A DNA stretch of 53,965 nucleotides, from NCBI GenBank assembly GCA_902521955.1, contig CABYTP010000005.1:1-53965 (forward strand), written 5' to 3'. The position numbers and the translations under genes were made by a program. Shown piece by piece: positions 17,745 to 28,551 of this stretch; the first letter of the stretch is position 1, and each line of letters opens with the position of its first letter. Source of the DNA: an uncultured Candidatus Actinomarina sp. Its GTDB lineage: Bacteria > Actinomycetota > Acidimicrobiia > Actinomarinales > Actinomarinaceae. The notes under the pieces were generated by a model that saw only the letters and a list, made by a program, of their open reading frames with translations, ran no database searches and was not told the origin of the DNA.

Positions 17745-19910
17745 ATGGCTAAATTAACAGAAACTAATGTTATCGATAGTTTACTTAATGAAATTCTTGA
17801 AAATTATGATAAATCAAATCACTCTTTAATAAATGATGCATTTTTATACGCCTCTGAAGGACACAAAGATCAAAAAAGGAAATCGGGAGAATCATACATC
17901 ACACACCCTCTGCAAGTTGCTCATTATTTATCTAAGTTAAATTTAGATATAGAAACAATTCTAGCTGCTTTTCTACATGACTTAATCGAAGATACTGATG
18001 TTACATACAATGATATTAAGAAAAAATTTGGTAAAGAAGTTGCTGATATTGTAGACGGAGTTACAAAATTAGATAAAATTAACTACAACTCTAAAGAGGA
18101 AGCAAAGGCTGATGCTATAAGAAAAATGGTCATTGCAATGTCCAAAGACATACGCGTATTAATTCTTAAATTAGCTGATAGATTACACAACATAGAAACT
18201 ATACAATATCACACTGAATGGAAGCAAGAAAAAATAGCCAATGAAACGTTATACGTATATGCACCATTAGCTCATAGGCTTGGCTTACAATCAATTAAAC
18301 ATACTCTTGAAGACACATCATTTAAAATACTTTTTGATAAGCAAAATAAAGAAATTCAGGATCAGATTTCACAAACTAATCCTGACCGTACAAATCAAAT
18401 AAATGCTGCTGTCAGCATTATTGAAACACTTTTATCAGATAACTCAATATCTGCGAAAGTTTTTGGTAGACCTAAACATAATTACTCTATATATAAAAAA
18501 ATTGTAAACAATGGTTTAACTTTTAATGAAATAAATGATCTAGTTGGAATACGGATTATTACTGATGATGTTAAAAATTGTTATACAATTCTTGGATTGA
18601 TACATGCAAATTTTCAACCAGTTCTCGGAAGATTTAAAGATTTCATCTCAATGCCAAAATTTAATCTATACCAAAGCTTACATACGACCGTTCTCACTTC
18701 AAATGGTAATAAAATGGAAATACAAATTCGTACTCATGATATGCACTATAGAGCTGAATACGGTGTTGCTGCTCATTGGAAATACAAGGAAAAACCATCC
18801 AATGATCTCCAAGAGTGGACTTCAGAATTGTCTGAAATGTCTACTGAGTACCCAGACCCAAACGAATTTTTACAACACATGAAATTAGACTTATATGAGA
18901 ATGAAGTATTTTGTTTAACTCCAGAAGGAGATGTTCTATCTCTTCCTCAAGGTTCTACACCCGTAGATTTTGCATTTGCGATACATACACAAGTTGGAGA
19001 AAAATTAATAGGTGCAAAAGTTAATGGGAAATTAGTCAATCTAAGTAACGAGCTTAAATCGGGAGATACTGTTGAAATTCTAACAAGTAAAGACAAGTCA
19101 AAAGGCCCAAGTAGAGATTGGTTAAACATTGTTAAAACTACTAGAGCAAGATCTAAAATTAAACAATGGTACCAAAAACAACTAAAAGATGAGGATATCC
19201 AAAAAGGCAAAACTATTCTAAACACGTGGCTCGATGAACATAGTGAAGTACTAGAAGCAAAATCAAAAGACCAAATTGTAAACGAACTATTAGCAGAAAT
19301 GAAACTACCTAATGTTGAGACTTTGTATCAAAGTTTAGGTAATGGTAACACCGGGGTCAATATTGTAGGAAATAAAATACGTAAATTAGTGTTTCCTGGA
19401 GATATTTCAGTAGATGAGGATTTATACTCTCCTGAAATTAAATCGGACTCAAAAACTGATATGATAATCGTCGAAGGTTATGACGATATCCAAGTTCGTA
19501 TAGCAAAGTGCTGTGTACCTGTTCCGGGTGATGACATTATTGGTTTTGTAACCATCTCAAACGGTATAGCTATACATAGGTCTGATTGTTTAAATGTAAG
19601 AATCGACCTTGAAAAGGGTGAGAGAATCGTTGATGTAAGTTGGGGATACACACCAAATACTGGAACTATTGTTTGGATGGAAATAGAGGCAATTGATCGA
19701 CCTTATTTATTAAGAGATGCAACAATTGCAATATCAGATAACGGTGGAAATATTTTAGTTGCTAAGTCAGTAACTAATAGTAAAAGAATAGTAAGTTTAA
19801 TATTTCAATTAGAAATAAGTGATAGTAATCAGCTTGAAACAATATTAAAAGACGCAAAGAACATAGAAAATGTGTTTGATGCTTCTAGAATATTTCCAGG
19901 TAAAAATTGA
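17745..19910 (+). CDS. rel: Bifunctional (p)ppGpp synthetase/hydrolase
   Basis: RKSGESYITHP, HD, YQSLHT, EIQIRT, TGS, CC..PGD and ACT domains. Confidence 0.98.
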   Translation: MAKLTETNVIDSLLNEILENYDKSNHSLINDAFLYASEGHKDQKRKSGESYITHPLQVAHYLSKLNLDIETILAAFLHDLIEDTDVTYNDIKKKFGKEVADIVDGVTKLDKINYNSKEEAKADAIRKMVIAMSKDIRVLILKLADRLHNIETIQYHTEWKQEKIANETLYVYAPLAHRLGLQSIKHTLEDTSFKILFDKQNKEIQDQISQTNPDRTNQINAAVSIIETLLSDNSISAKVFGRPKHNYSIYKKIVNNGLTFNEINDLVGIRIITDDVKNCYTILGLIHANFQPVLGRFKDFISMPKFNLYQSLHTTVLTSNGNKMEIQIRTHDMHYRAEYGVAAHWKYKEKPSNDLQEWTSELSEMSTEYPDPNEFLQHMKLDLYENEVFCLTPEGDVLSLPQGSTPVDFAFAIHTQVGEKLIGAKVNGKLVNLSNELKSGDTVEILTSKDKSKGPSRDWLNIVKTTRARSKIKQWYQKQLKDEDIQKGKTILNTWLDEHSEVLEAKSKDQIVNELLAEMKLPNVETLYQSLGNGNTGVNIVGNKIRKLVFPGDISVDEDLYSPEIKSDSKTDMIIVEGYDDIQVRIAKCCVPVPGDDIIGFVTISNGIAIHRSDCLNVRIDLEKGERIVDVSWGYTPNTGTIVWMEIEAIDRPYLLRDATIAISDNGGNILVAKSVTNSKRIVSLIFQLEISDSNQLETILKDAKNIENVFDASRIFPGKN

Positions 19911-20533
19911 ACATTAATTTAAATACCTTCACAAGTTTTACAACATCTAACTGCTATGTCCTTCAACCTTTTGGTGATGATGTTTGTATATTTGTTGATT
20001 TACCACCTGATTTGCAAGATGCTATTGAATATGTAAAAAAGAAAAATTTATCTATCGGCGGTGCTCTAATAACCCATGGTCACTATGATCATGCGCTAGG
20101 ACTAAAAGATTTTAATTACAGTTCATATATAAATTTAGATGATGAATTTTTGGCACGAAATCCTCAGGAGCAAATTAAATACTTTATGGGTAGTAGTGAT
20201 GGTATTGATTCGTATAGTGGAGAACTTAAATATTTAGAAGATATCCCTTATGAAAACATTAACCATTATACCAATCCCGGACATACCAAAGGCAGTACTT
20301 CATTTGAATTTCCTGAATTGGGTTTGATATTTACAGGTGATTTTGTGTTTAGAGATGGTATTGGCCGAACTGATCTCCAATCAGGTTCTTTAATTGACAT
20401 GAAAGCTTCTCTTCAACATGTGTTTATGAATTTTAACGAAGATTATGAAATACTTCCAGGACACGGTCCATCAGGTAAAGTTAGAAGTATAAAATCTAAC
20501 AATATAACTATTAAGGAATGTTTAAATGATTGA
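19907..20533 (+). CDS. MBL-fold metallo-hydrolase (glyoxalase II-like)
   Basis: THGHYDH, PGHT, TGD, GRTDL, PGHG; usual position before hisS. Confidence 0.93.
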   Translation: MNINLNTFTSFTTSNCYVLQPFGDDVCIFVDLPPDLQDAIEYVKKKNLSIGGALITHGHYDHALGLKDFNYSSYINLDDEFLARNPQEQIKYFMGSSDGIDSYSGELKYLEDIPYENINHYTNPGHTKGSTSFEFPELGLIFTGDFVFRDGIGRTDLQSGSLIDMKASLQHVFMNFNEDYEILPGHGPSGKVRSIKSNNITIKECLND

Positions 20534-21698
20534 CCAAGTAAAAGGCACTCAAAACATATCAGGTGATGATGCAAAAAAATATCTATATATTCAAAGTCAA
20601 TTTCATAACAAATTTGGACATAGTGGTTATAAATACTTACAAACACCACTTCTTGAATATAAAGAACTGTTCAATAAGTCTATAGGAGAGTCATCTGAAA
20701 TAGTTACAAAACAAATGTATGAATTAACAGATAAAGGTGGTAGAGAATTAGTCTTAAGGCCCGAAGGTACATCAAGTATTGTAAGATATCATGCAGAATA
20801 CAATAAAGATTTTACAAATAAATATTCATATTTTGGTTCAATGTTTAGATATGAAAACCCACAAAAGAATCGATACAGGGAGTTTAATCAAGCTGGTTTA
20901 GAAATAGTTGGGTTAATTGATACATATTCTGATTTTCAAATTATTAATGATTCCTACACCTTCATTAAGGATTTAGTACCCGATACAATGTTGAAAATAA
21001 ATACCATTGGAAGTAATAACGATCGTAAAAAATATATAAAGATTTTATATGATTATTTTAGTTCTAACAAATCTAAGTTATCTGCAGAGAGTGTTGAAAA
21101 GCTTGAAAATAATACTTTACGTATTTTGGATTCTAATAATTTAGATGATGTAGAAACTATAAAAAATGCACCTAAGATTAATGATTTTATTAACAGTAAT
21201 TCTAAAAATGAATTTACTAAATTATTAAATCATTTAGATAATGCTGATATTAAGTATGAAATTGATAATTCCTTAGTTAGAGGTCTTGATTACTACAACG
21301 ATTTAACATTTGAATTTGTAACAACTGATAATGTTGTAGTCGGAGGTGGTGGTAGATATGATAATTTAGCAGAGATACTTTCAATTGGTAAATTTAATGG
21401 TGTTGGTGTAGCTTTTGGTGTTGAAAGAATCATGAATCTTATATCTGTTCCTGTAATTTCAACTATATATTATTTGCTAGGTACTGACATAAATAAGTTA
21501 ACTAAATATTCAAAGGAGCTGGATAAACACAATATTAATTACAATAAACCTCCAAGATTATCAAAAGAAAATTCACAATTTAAAGACGCTAAAAATCAGA
21601 ATGTTATGTATTTGATAAATACAGATGAAGATACAATAAAGAACTTAATAACTAATGAAACAGTAGATTTTAATATAGAGGTAATCCTTGAACATTAA
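20526..21698 (+). CDS. hisS: Histidine--tRNA ligase (compact)
   Basis: LRPEGT, FRYENPQ..RYREF.Q, LVRGLDYY, GGGRYD, FGVER. Confidence 0.97.
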   Translation: MIDQVKGTQNISGDDAKKYLYIQSQFHNKFGHSGYKYLQTPLLEYKELFNKSIGESSEIVTKQMYELTDKGGRELVLRPEGTSSIVRYHAEYNKDFTNKYSYFGSMFRYENPQKNRYREFNQAGLEIVGLIDTYSDFQIINDSYTFIKDLVPDTMLKINTIGSNNDRKKYIKILYDYFSSNKSKLSAESVEKLENNTLRILDSNNLDDVETIKNAPKINDFINSNSKNEFTKLLNHLDNADIKYEIDNSLVRGLDYYNDLTFEFVTTDNVVVGGGGRYDNLAEILSIGKFNGVGVAFGVERIMNLISVPVISTIYYLLGTDINKLTKYSKELDKHNINYNKPPRLSKENSQFKDAKNQNVMYLINTDEDTIKNLITNETVDFNIEVILEH

Positions 21699-23388
21699 TG
21701 AAATTGCAAATTTTAAAGACGGAGATCAAGTTAAAAATTTAACCGGCTGGGTATCGAGTATTCGTGATCATGGCGGCTTGACATTTGTAGACCTAAGAGA
21801 TTTTTCAGCATCTATTCAACTTGTTTTTGATAAACGCGGAGATGTAAATACTAAATTAAAAAACGAATATTACATAGCTATTGATGGTGTTTTTAAAAAA
21901 AGGGATGACGAATTAGTTAATAATAAAGTATTTCTTGGGGATTCAGAAATAGAAGTTTTACAATTGGATGTTATTAATGAAAGTAAAACACTTCCTTTTC
22001 AAATTGATGACGATTTAGAAACAGATGAAAATATTAGACTTAAATATCGATATCTTGATCTTCGCAGAGAACCAATGAAAATAAACATTATGACGCGTTC
22101 CAAAACTTTTAAGAGTATAAGAACAATAATGAATGAATTAAATATTAATGAGATTGATACACCTACGTTAATCAAATCTACTCCTGAAGGTGCTAAAGAT
22201 TTTTTAGTACCGTCCCGTAAATCACCCGGCAATTTTTATGCATTGCCTCAATCTCCACAAATGTATAAACAATTATTTATGATGGCTGGATTTCCAAATT
22301 ACTATCAAATTGCAAAATGTTACAGAGACGAAGATTCAAGAAAAGACAGGCAACCGGAATTTACTCAATTAGATTTAGAATTTTCAGATTCAGATCCTTC
22401 ATTAGTAAAGTCAAATATTGAAAAAATTATTAAATTTGTATTTTCTGATGCTTACGATTGTAAGATAAGCACTCCGTTTAATTCAATCACTTATGATGAG
22501 GCAATTAATTTATATGGTACCGATAAGCCTGATATGCGTATAAAACAAACATTAAGGGATATAAGTGAAGTTTTTAGATCAACTGAAGTTAATTTTCTAA
22601 AAGACATATTAGATAATGATGGTTTAGTAAAAGCATTACATACTGATGAAATATTATCTCGTAAACAAATAGATACTTTGGATAATGAGATTAAAGAGCT
22701 CGGTTCAAATGGTTTAGGGTGGTTTAAAATTGAAAAAAATACTTTATCTGGTCCGCTAACAAAAATACTAAACGATGAAGAAGCAGAAAATATCTTAAAA
22801 TTTGGCACTGGTACCGTATTATTTCAAGCTGGTGAATTGAACTCCATTGCAAAATATCTAGACCATATAAGAAGAAGTATTTTCGAACCTTCCTCCGAGG
22901 CTTATTCGTTTGTTTGGATTGAGGATTTTCCTTACTTTGAACAGGAAGATGGTAATTTACAACCTTCACATCATCCATTTACATCTCCAAAAGATGATCA
23001 GATATTTAAAGATGACCCTATAAATGCTAAAGCTCTTCATTACGATTTAGTACTTAATGGTGTTGAATTAGGATCGGGATCTCAAAGAATTAATAATCCA
23101 AGTATGCAAAAACTTGTGTTAGAAAAATGGGGTTTAAGTGATATAGAAATTGAAAGCCGATTTGGATGGTTTATTGAAGCTTTATCTTATGGAACTCCGG
23201 TACATGCTGGATTTGCAGTTGGTATAGATAGGTTAGTAGCAGAGGTATTAAATCAACCGTCTATAAGAGATGTTATTCCATTCCCCAAAACTCAATCAGG
23301 TTTAGATCCTTTAACAAATGCACCTGCAAGTATTGAACAACAACTACTTGAAGAATATAACCTTAAATACATAAATAAAGATGAATAG
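21688..23388 (+). CDS. aspS: Aspartate--tRNA ligase (possibly non-discriminating)
   Basis: RDHGG, RYLDLRR, TPEGAKDF, ALPQSPQ, DRQPEFTQLD, HHPFT, FPKT. Confidence 0.98.
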   Translation: MNINEIANFKDGDQVKNLTGWVSSIRDHGGLTFVDLRDFSASIQLVFDKRGDVNTKLKNEYYIAIDGVFKKRDDELVNNKVFLGDSEIEVLQLDVINESKTLPFQIDDDLETDENIRLKYRYLDLRREPMKINIMTRSKTFKSIRTIMNELNINEIDTPTLIKSTPEGAKDFLVPSRKSPGNFYALPQSPQMYKQLFMMAGFPNYYQIAKCYRDEDSRKDRQPEFTQLDLEFSDSDPSLVKSNIEKIIKFVFSDAYDCKISTPFNSITYDEAINLYGTDKPDMRIKQTLRDISEVFRSTEVNFLKDILDNDGLVKALHTDEILSRKQIDTLDNEIKELGSNGLGWFKIEKNTLSGPLTKILNDEEAENILKFGTGTVLFQAGELNSIAKYLDHIRRSIFEPSSEAYSFVWIEDFPYFEQEDGNLQPSHHPFTSPKDDQIFKDDPINAKALHYDLVLNGVELGSGSQRINNPSMQKLVLEKWGLSDIEIESRFGWFIEALSYGTPVHAGFAVGIDRLVAEVLNQPSIRDVIPFPKTQSGLDPLTNAPASIEQQLLEEYNLKYINKDE

Positions 23389-25903
23389 TAACGATATAAG
23401 AAATAGTTTTCTTGATTATTTTGAATCAAAAGGCCATAAAATCATACCTTCTGCATCATTAATACCTCATGACAACTCGTTATTGTTTACAGCTGCCGGT
23501 ATGGTGCCTTTAAAAGATTACTTTCTTGGCAACAAAGATGCCGATACACCAAATATGGTCTCTTCACAAAAATGTTTACGAACAATCGATATCGATATTA
23601 TAGGAGATACAGACAGACATTTATCCTTTTTTGAAATGTTAGGAAACTTTAGTGTTGGAAAATATTTTAAAGAAGAAGCAATTAAATATTCTTATGAATA
23701 CATAACTGAAGTACTTAAAGTTGATAAAGATAAATTATGGTTTACTGTGTACAAAACAGATGAAGAAGCCTACAAAATTTGGAAAGATGTTATTGGTATA
23801 CCAGATGAACGTATTCAAAGAGGAGATACTGACAATTTTTGGCATATGAATATTCCTGGACCATGCGGACCTTGCTCAGAGATTTTTATAGATAGGGGCG
23901 AAGAATATGGAGATGACGGAGGTCCTATAGGTGGTGGTGAAGACAGATTTATTGAAATTTGGAACCTAGTGTTTATGGAATCAATTCAAGAAGAACCCTT
24001 TAATGTAGTTGATGAGTTACCTAATAAAAATATCGATACAGGAATGGGATTAGAGCGTATAGCAATGGTGATGCAGAATAAGAAAAATCTATTTGATACA
24101 GATTTATTCCAACCACTTTATAAAGCATTACTAAAAAACACAGACCAATCAGGTGAGAAATATGAAAAAATTATTATTGACCATATTAAATCATCTACAT
24201 TTATGATATCTGATGGAGTTGTTCCAACAAATGAAGGTAGAGGATACGTATTAAGAAGATTAATTAGAAGAGCGATTAGAGCTTACAATCAACTTAAAAA
24301 TTCTGCTGCTAGTTTGGATTACCTAATAGAAATTGTTGTAGAGATATATAAACATTCTTATCCAGAATTGGACAAAAATAAAGATAAGATTATTAAACTT
24401 TTTAAGAAAGAAGAGGAGTTATTTCAAAAAACTTTGAATAAAGGCATACAGGAAATAAGTACTTTAGTTCACAACAACAAAACTGTCTCAGCTCAAGATG
24501 CTTTTTACCTTTTTGAAACATTTGGGTTTCCATTTGAATTAACTAAAGAAATAGCGTCTGAAAATGATATTGATATAAATGACAATGAATTTTATAAGCT
24601 TTATGATAATCACAAGGTGAAATCAAAATCTGAAAAGAACAAAGATACAGATAAATTTATATTTGACGTTGATCCAAATGAGTTTGTGGGTTATGACCAA
24701 ATAAACTCATTGACTAAGGTTTACCACGTAGAAAAATATGAAAATAAATTTATTGTTTTTACTGAAAATAATCCTTTCTATTTTGAAGCAGGAGGTCAAA
24801 TCTCTGATAAGGGTACTATTTCTATCGAAAATAACTCTGTTGAAGTAATAGATGTATATCAAGCACCAAATGGCGCAACGGGACTAATAGTAAAAGATGA
24901 TTTATTTTTAATTGGTCAAGAAGTGAAATTAGAAGTAAATAAAAGCTTCAGATCGGGTGTGTCAAAAAGCCATACAGCTGCTCATATAGTACATACCTCG
25001 CTACGTAATATTTTAGGCGATCATGTTGCTCAAGCCGGATCAAATGTGTCACCTGGCAAATTTAGATTTGATTTTAGCCATACAGAAAAAGTAACTGCTG
25101 ATGAGTTAGATGAAATATTTACTTTATCGAATAATGCAATCTTTAATGATTTTGAAGTAAAAACTAAAATTATGAATATTGATGAAGCGAAGAACCAAGG
25201 TGCTTTAGCTTTCTTTGGTGATAAGTATGATGATGATGTAAGAGTAGTAAATATAGGTGATTTTTCAAAAGAGCTTTGTGGTGGAACCCATGTACATAAT
25301 TCTAATGATGTCGGCCTGATTGTTTTATTACAAGAATCTTCAATTGGTTCAAATTTAAGACGTGTAGAAATGTTATCTGGAAAACATGCGTATGATTTTC
25401 TTACGAGTGCTTATAAATCTTATAAATCTGTAGCTAATATTTTACAAGTTAGCGAGGAAAACGTATCAAATAAACTACAAAAACAACTTGAAACTTTAGA
25501 GACTTACGAAGAAAAAATTAAAAATTTTCGAAGTTTAGAAATTAGAACATTAATAGAGTCGATCGAAGACAATCTTGAAACTATTAATAAATATAATGTT
25601 TATATAAATGAAGTACCTTTAGAAACTTCGAATGAATTAAGAAATTTTGCCTTACAGGTTATTAATGAAACAAAAGTAGATATCGTACTTTTATATGCTT
25701 CAATAAATGGTAAAAATTCAATAGTGGGAGCAACAAAAAATACTATTTCTCTAGACATATCTACAATTGTTACTGAAATATCCAAACTATATGGTGGAGG
25801 TGCTTCCAAAGACTCAGATCTTTCCATTGGAGGTGGCCCAAATAACTTCGACACTTCAAAAGCTTTAAATATTGCGAAAGATTTAATCCTTAAAGAATCT
25901 TAA
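23381..25903 (+). CDS. alaS: Alanine--tRNA ligase
   Basis: FFEMLGNFS, GPCGPCSEI, EIWNLVF, DTGMGLER, RGYVLRR, editing HTAAH...CGGTH. Confidence 0.99.
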   Translation: MNSNDIRNSFLDYFESKGHKIIPSASLIPHDNSLLFTAAGMVPLKDYFLGNKDADTPNMVSSQKCLRTIDIDIIGDTDRHLSFFEMLGNFSVGKYFKEEAIKYSYEYITEVLKVDKDKLWFTVYKTDEEAYKIWKDVIGIPDERIQRGDTDNFWHMNIPGPCGPCSEIFIDRGEEYGDDGGPIGGGEDRFIEIWNLVFMESIQEEPFNVVDELPNKNIDTGMGLERIAMVMQNKKNLFDTDLFQPLYKALLKNTDQSGEKYEKIIIDHIKSSTFMISDGVVPTNEGRGYVLRRLIRRAIRAYNQLKNSAASLDYLIEIVVEIYKHSYPELDKNKDKIIKLFKKEEELFQKTLNKGIQEISTLVHNNKTVSAQDAFYLFETFGFPFELTKEIASENDIDINDNEFYKLYDNHKVKSKSEKNKDTDKFIFDVDPNEFVGYDQINSLTKVYHVEKYENKFIVFTENNPFYFEAGGQISDKGTISIENNSVEVIDVYQAPNGATGLIVKDDLFLIGQEVKLEVNKSFRSGVSKSHTAAHIVHTSLRNILGDHVAQAGSNVSPGKFRFDFSHTEKVTADELDEIFTLSNNAIFNDFEVKTKIMNIDEAKNQGALAFFGDKYDDDVRVVNIGDFSKELCGGTHVHNSNDVGLIVLLQESSIGSNLRRVEMLSGKHAYDFLTSAYKSYKSVANILQVSEENVSNKLQKQLETLETYEEKIKNFRSLEIRTLIESIEDNLETINKYNVYINEVPLETSNELRNFALQVINETKVDIVLLYASINGKNSIVGATKNTISLDISTIVTEISKLYGGGASKDSDLSIGGGPNNFDTSKALNIAKDLILKES

Positions 25904-25905
25904 TT

Positions 25906-26283
25906 TTGATCAATATATTATCAATTGACTACGGAGAACGCTTTGTCGGTATTGCAATTAGAACTGTAAAAACAACAATTCCAATTCCTTTAAAAGTTAT
26001 AGATACTAAAAAAGAGATACTAAATAAGAACATTCAAGAACTAATAAAAGAATATGAAGTTAATCAAATTGTTATTGGCTATCCCATAGGTTTAAATTAT
26101 TCAGAAAATAGAATGACGGATTTAGTTAATCTATTTATTCAGGAAATTAGTAAGTTTAATATACCAATTCATAAAATTGATGAAAGATTATCATCAAAAT
26201 TATTCAATGATGGATCAAAAGAGAGAATTGATGACTTATCAGCCCTTGAAATATTAGAAAGCTATATTAAACAAAGTGATTAA
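25906..26283 (+). CDS. ruvX: YqgF/RuvX pre-16S rRNA nuclease
   Basis: IDYGERFVGIA, VIGYP, DERLSS, IDDLSA; alaS-ruvX-mltG synteny. Confidence 0.93.
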   Translation: MINILSIDYGERFVGIAIRTVKTTIPIPLKVIDTKKEILNKNIQELIKEYEVNQIVIGYPIGLNYSENRMTDLVNLFIQEISKFNIPIHKIDERLSSKLFNDGSKERIDDLSALEILESYIKQSD

Positions 26284-27346
26284 GTTTTATTATAAGAACA
26301 GATTGTTATTCCAGCTCATAACGAGCATGATTTTTATATTGTTTATATTTAATTCTGTAAATAATTTTGCACAACTTATTAAGCCAGGTGAAGTTAATAA
26401 CAATGTAAACATTAGCGATATTAAAGTAATTGAAGTAAATATACCTCAGGGAAGTTCAGCGTCTCAAATTTCTTCAATTCTTGATTCAACTGGAATAGTT
26501 ACTTCCAGCTTGGCTTTTGAATTATATTTAAGAAATGAAAATTTAACTGACAAATTAAGACCGGGTACTTATGAAATTCAAAATAATTTATCATTCGAAG
26601 ATATAACTTCTATTTTGTTAAAAGGACCACCTTTAAAAACATATACTATAACTATCCCTGAGGGTTTATGGCTTTCAGAAACTTTAAGTACTATTTCAGC
26701 ACAGACAGGTTATGATGTTTCACAACTTGAAAATTCTTTAATTTCAGGACAGGTTGTAAGTAAATATCTACCAGGCAATGATTACACACAATTACAAAAT
26801 TGGGAAGGGTTACTATTTCCAAATACATATCAAATTGATATTGAATCTAATGGTGAAACAATATTACAAACTCTAGTTAATGAATTAGAAATTAGATTTG
26901 AAAATTTAATTTCAACACAGTCTATTCCAGATTGGATTACAACACCTACTCAATTCTTTACTGTAGCAAGTTTAATTGAAGCCGAGTCAAAACTTGATGA
27001 AGACAGGCCTTTAGTTTCCTCAGTAATCAAAAACCGCTTAGATGATAATATGTTATTACAAATTGACGCAACAGTGCTTTATTCATTGCAAAAAAGAAAG
27101 TCCCAAGTATTACTAATAGATCTACAGATTGATAGTCCTTACAATACATATAAATATACTTCACTACCTCCAACTCCAATTTCAGGTTTTGGTGAGCGTT
27201 CAATGATTGCAATTATGAATACACCAGAAAATAATTATATATACTATTTATTAACTGACATTAATGGCAAAATGACTTTTACAAACAACTATGAAGAATT
27301 TATTAATCTTAAAAATAAGGCAAAAGAAGAAGGAGTAATTCCATAA
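26276..27346 (+). CDS. mltG: Endolytic murein transglycosylase
   Basis: N-terminal TM, TIPEG, EGLLFPNTY, ASLIEAE, LQIDAT, SPYNTY, LPPTPI. Confidence 0.95.
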   Translation: MIKFYYKNRLLFQLITSMIFILFIFNSVNNFAQLIKPGEVNNNVNISDIKVIEVNIPQGSSASQISSILDSTGIVTSSLAFELYLRNENLTDKLRPGTYEIQNNLSFEDITSILLKGPPLKTYTITIPEGLWLSETLSTISAQTGYDVSQLENSLISGQVVSKYLPGNDYTQLQNWEGLLFPNTYQIDIESNGETILQTLVNELEIRFENLISTQSIPDWITTPTQFFTVASLIEAESKLDEDRPLVSSVIKNRLDDNMLLQIDATVLYSLQKRKSQVLLIDLQIDSPYNTYKYTSLPPTPISGFGERSMIAIMNTPENNYIYYLLTDINGKMTFTNNYEEFINLKNKAKEEGVIP

Positions 27347-27903
27347 TGGTATCTACAAATGATATGAGGCCCGGTCAGTCAATAATTGTTGATTCTCAAA
27401 TTTATAACATTTTAGAATATCAGCATGTAAAACCAGGCAAAGGAAAAGCTTTTGTCAAAACTAAGCTAAAAAATATTACTAGTGGAGGAGTGGTTGATAA
27501 AACTTTTAGAGCTGATGAAGAAGTGGAACAAGCGTATATTGATAAACAAAAATTCCAGTTCTTATATAAAGATTCTGATGATTATATATTTATGAATATG
27601 GAATCATTCAATCAAATCACGATAGATGCCAAATTAATTGATGACTCTATTCAACTATTAAAAGCAAATCAAGAAGTCACAATATCAATGTACCAGGAGA
27701 CTGCAATCGATATTATATTACCAACTACTATTAATTTAGTTGTTACTAAATCAGAACCTGCTGTTAAGGGAGATTCTGTTAATTCAAATACAAAAGAAGT
27801 AACTTGTGAAACTGGTTTAACCCTACAGGTTCCAATGTTTGTTAATGAAGATGACGTTATAAAAATTGATACAAAAACTAAGAGCTATATAACTAGAGTA
27901 TGA
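27346..27903 (+). CDS. efp: Elongation factor P
   Basis: HVKPGKGKAF, KGD, ETG...VP.F. Confidence 0.98.
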   Translation: MVSTNDMRPGQSIIVDSQIYNILEYQHVKPGKGKAFVKTKLKNITSGGVVDKTFRADEEVEQAYIDKQKFQFLYKDSDDYIFMNMESFNQITIDAKLIDDSIQLLKANQEVTISMYQETAIDIILPTTINLVVTKSEPAVKGDSVNSNTKEVTCETGLTLQVPMFVNEDDVIKIDTKTKSYITRV

Positions 27904-28286
27904 GATTTGATTTTAGACACTTTACATTCAATTCTATATTTAGGCTTGATGATTATTCTGCAGAAATTTTACTAATAGATAATGATTTAGATCAAAATCA
28001 ACTAATTAGAGCAAATCAACTTATTCAACATACGAATGAAAATATTCAAAATATATTAAACTTATTAAGTGATGCTTCTAAAAATTGGTCTATTTCAAGA
28101 ATTGGTAAAGCTGAGAGATCTGCATTAATTTTAGGAATTTCAGAATTGTTACTAAATCTGACCCCAAGAAAAGTAATAGTATCAGAATGGACGAAGATTG
28201 TAGATAAACATTCATCTTCAGACGGTGCCAAGTTTGTTAATGCTATATTAGATAATATAAGTAAAAATAATGACATTGATAACTGA
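27900..28286 (+). CDS. nusB: Transcription antitermination factor NusB
   Basis: NWSISR...ER..L, P.KV.VSE, KFVNAILD; efp-nusB synteny. Confidence 0.88.
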   Translation: MRFDFRHFTFNSIFRLDDYSAEILLIDNDLDQNQLIRANQLIQHTNENIQNILNLLSDASKNWSISRIGKAERSALILGISELLLNLTPRKVIVSEWTKIVDKHSSSDGAKFVNAILDNISKNNDIDN

Positions 28287-28551
28287 CATAGAAACAATAA
28301 AAATAGAGAGAAATAACTTTCTAAATGATTTAGATTTACAATCTGATTTAAAAACCATATTAAAACAAGCATCACAAAATAAATATTTAAACTCCATCAG
28401 GGTTCATAAGTATTTAACAAGTACAGGTTTAGTTGGAAAAGTTATTACAGCTAGATTTTTAGAAAGTATTCAATTGTCTGAAAAAACTACAATTAATCAA
28501 TTAAGCGACAAGAACATTAACGATATTGCTATTTTTCTGAAACAAATATGA
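28270..28551 (+). CDS. mihF: Divergent actinobacterial integration host factor (mIHF/sIHF-like)
   Basis: LKTIL...RV..YL....VGKV.....L..I.L pattern (H2TH); directly upstream of gmk-rpoZ as in Actinobacteria. Confidence 0.7.
   Translation: MTLITDIETIKIERNNFLNDLDLQSDLKTILKQASQNKYLNSIRVHKYLTSTGLVGKVITARFLESIQLSEKTTINQLSDKNINDIAIFLKQI

Noticed and set aside
21450-21698. Short HisRS C-terminus suggesting a lost anticodon domain or a HisZ
   Set aside because: The domain pattern (QFK.A, IKNL.T) is still present, catalytic motifs are intact and hisS-aspS synteny holds
25906-26283. RuvX as the main substitute for RuvC
   Set aside because: YqgF/RuvX is near-universal at alaS-mltG and mainly linked to 16S maturation; its presence is ordinary
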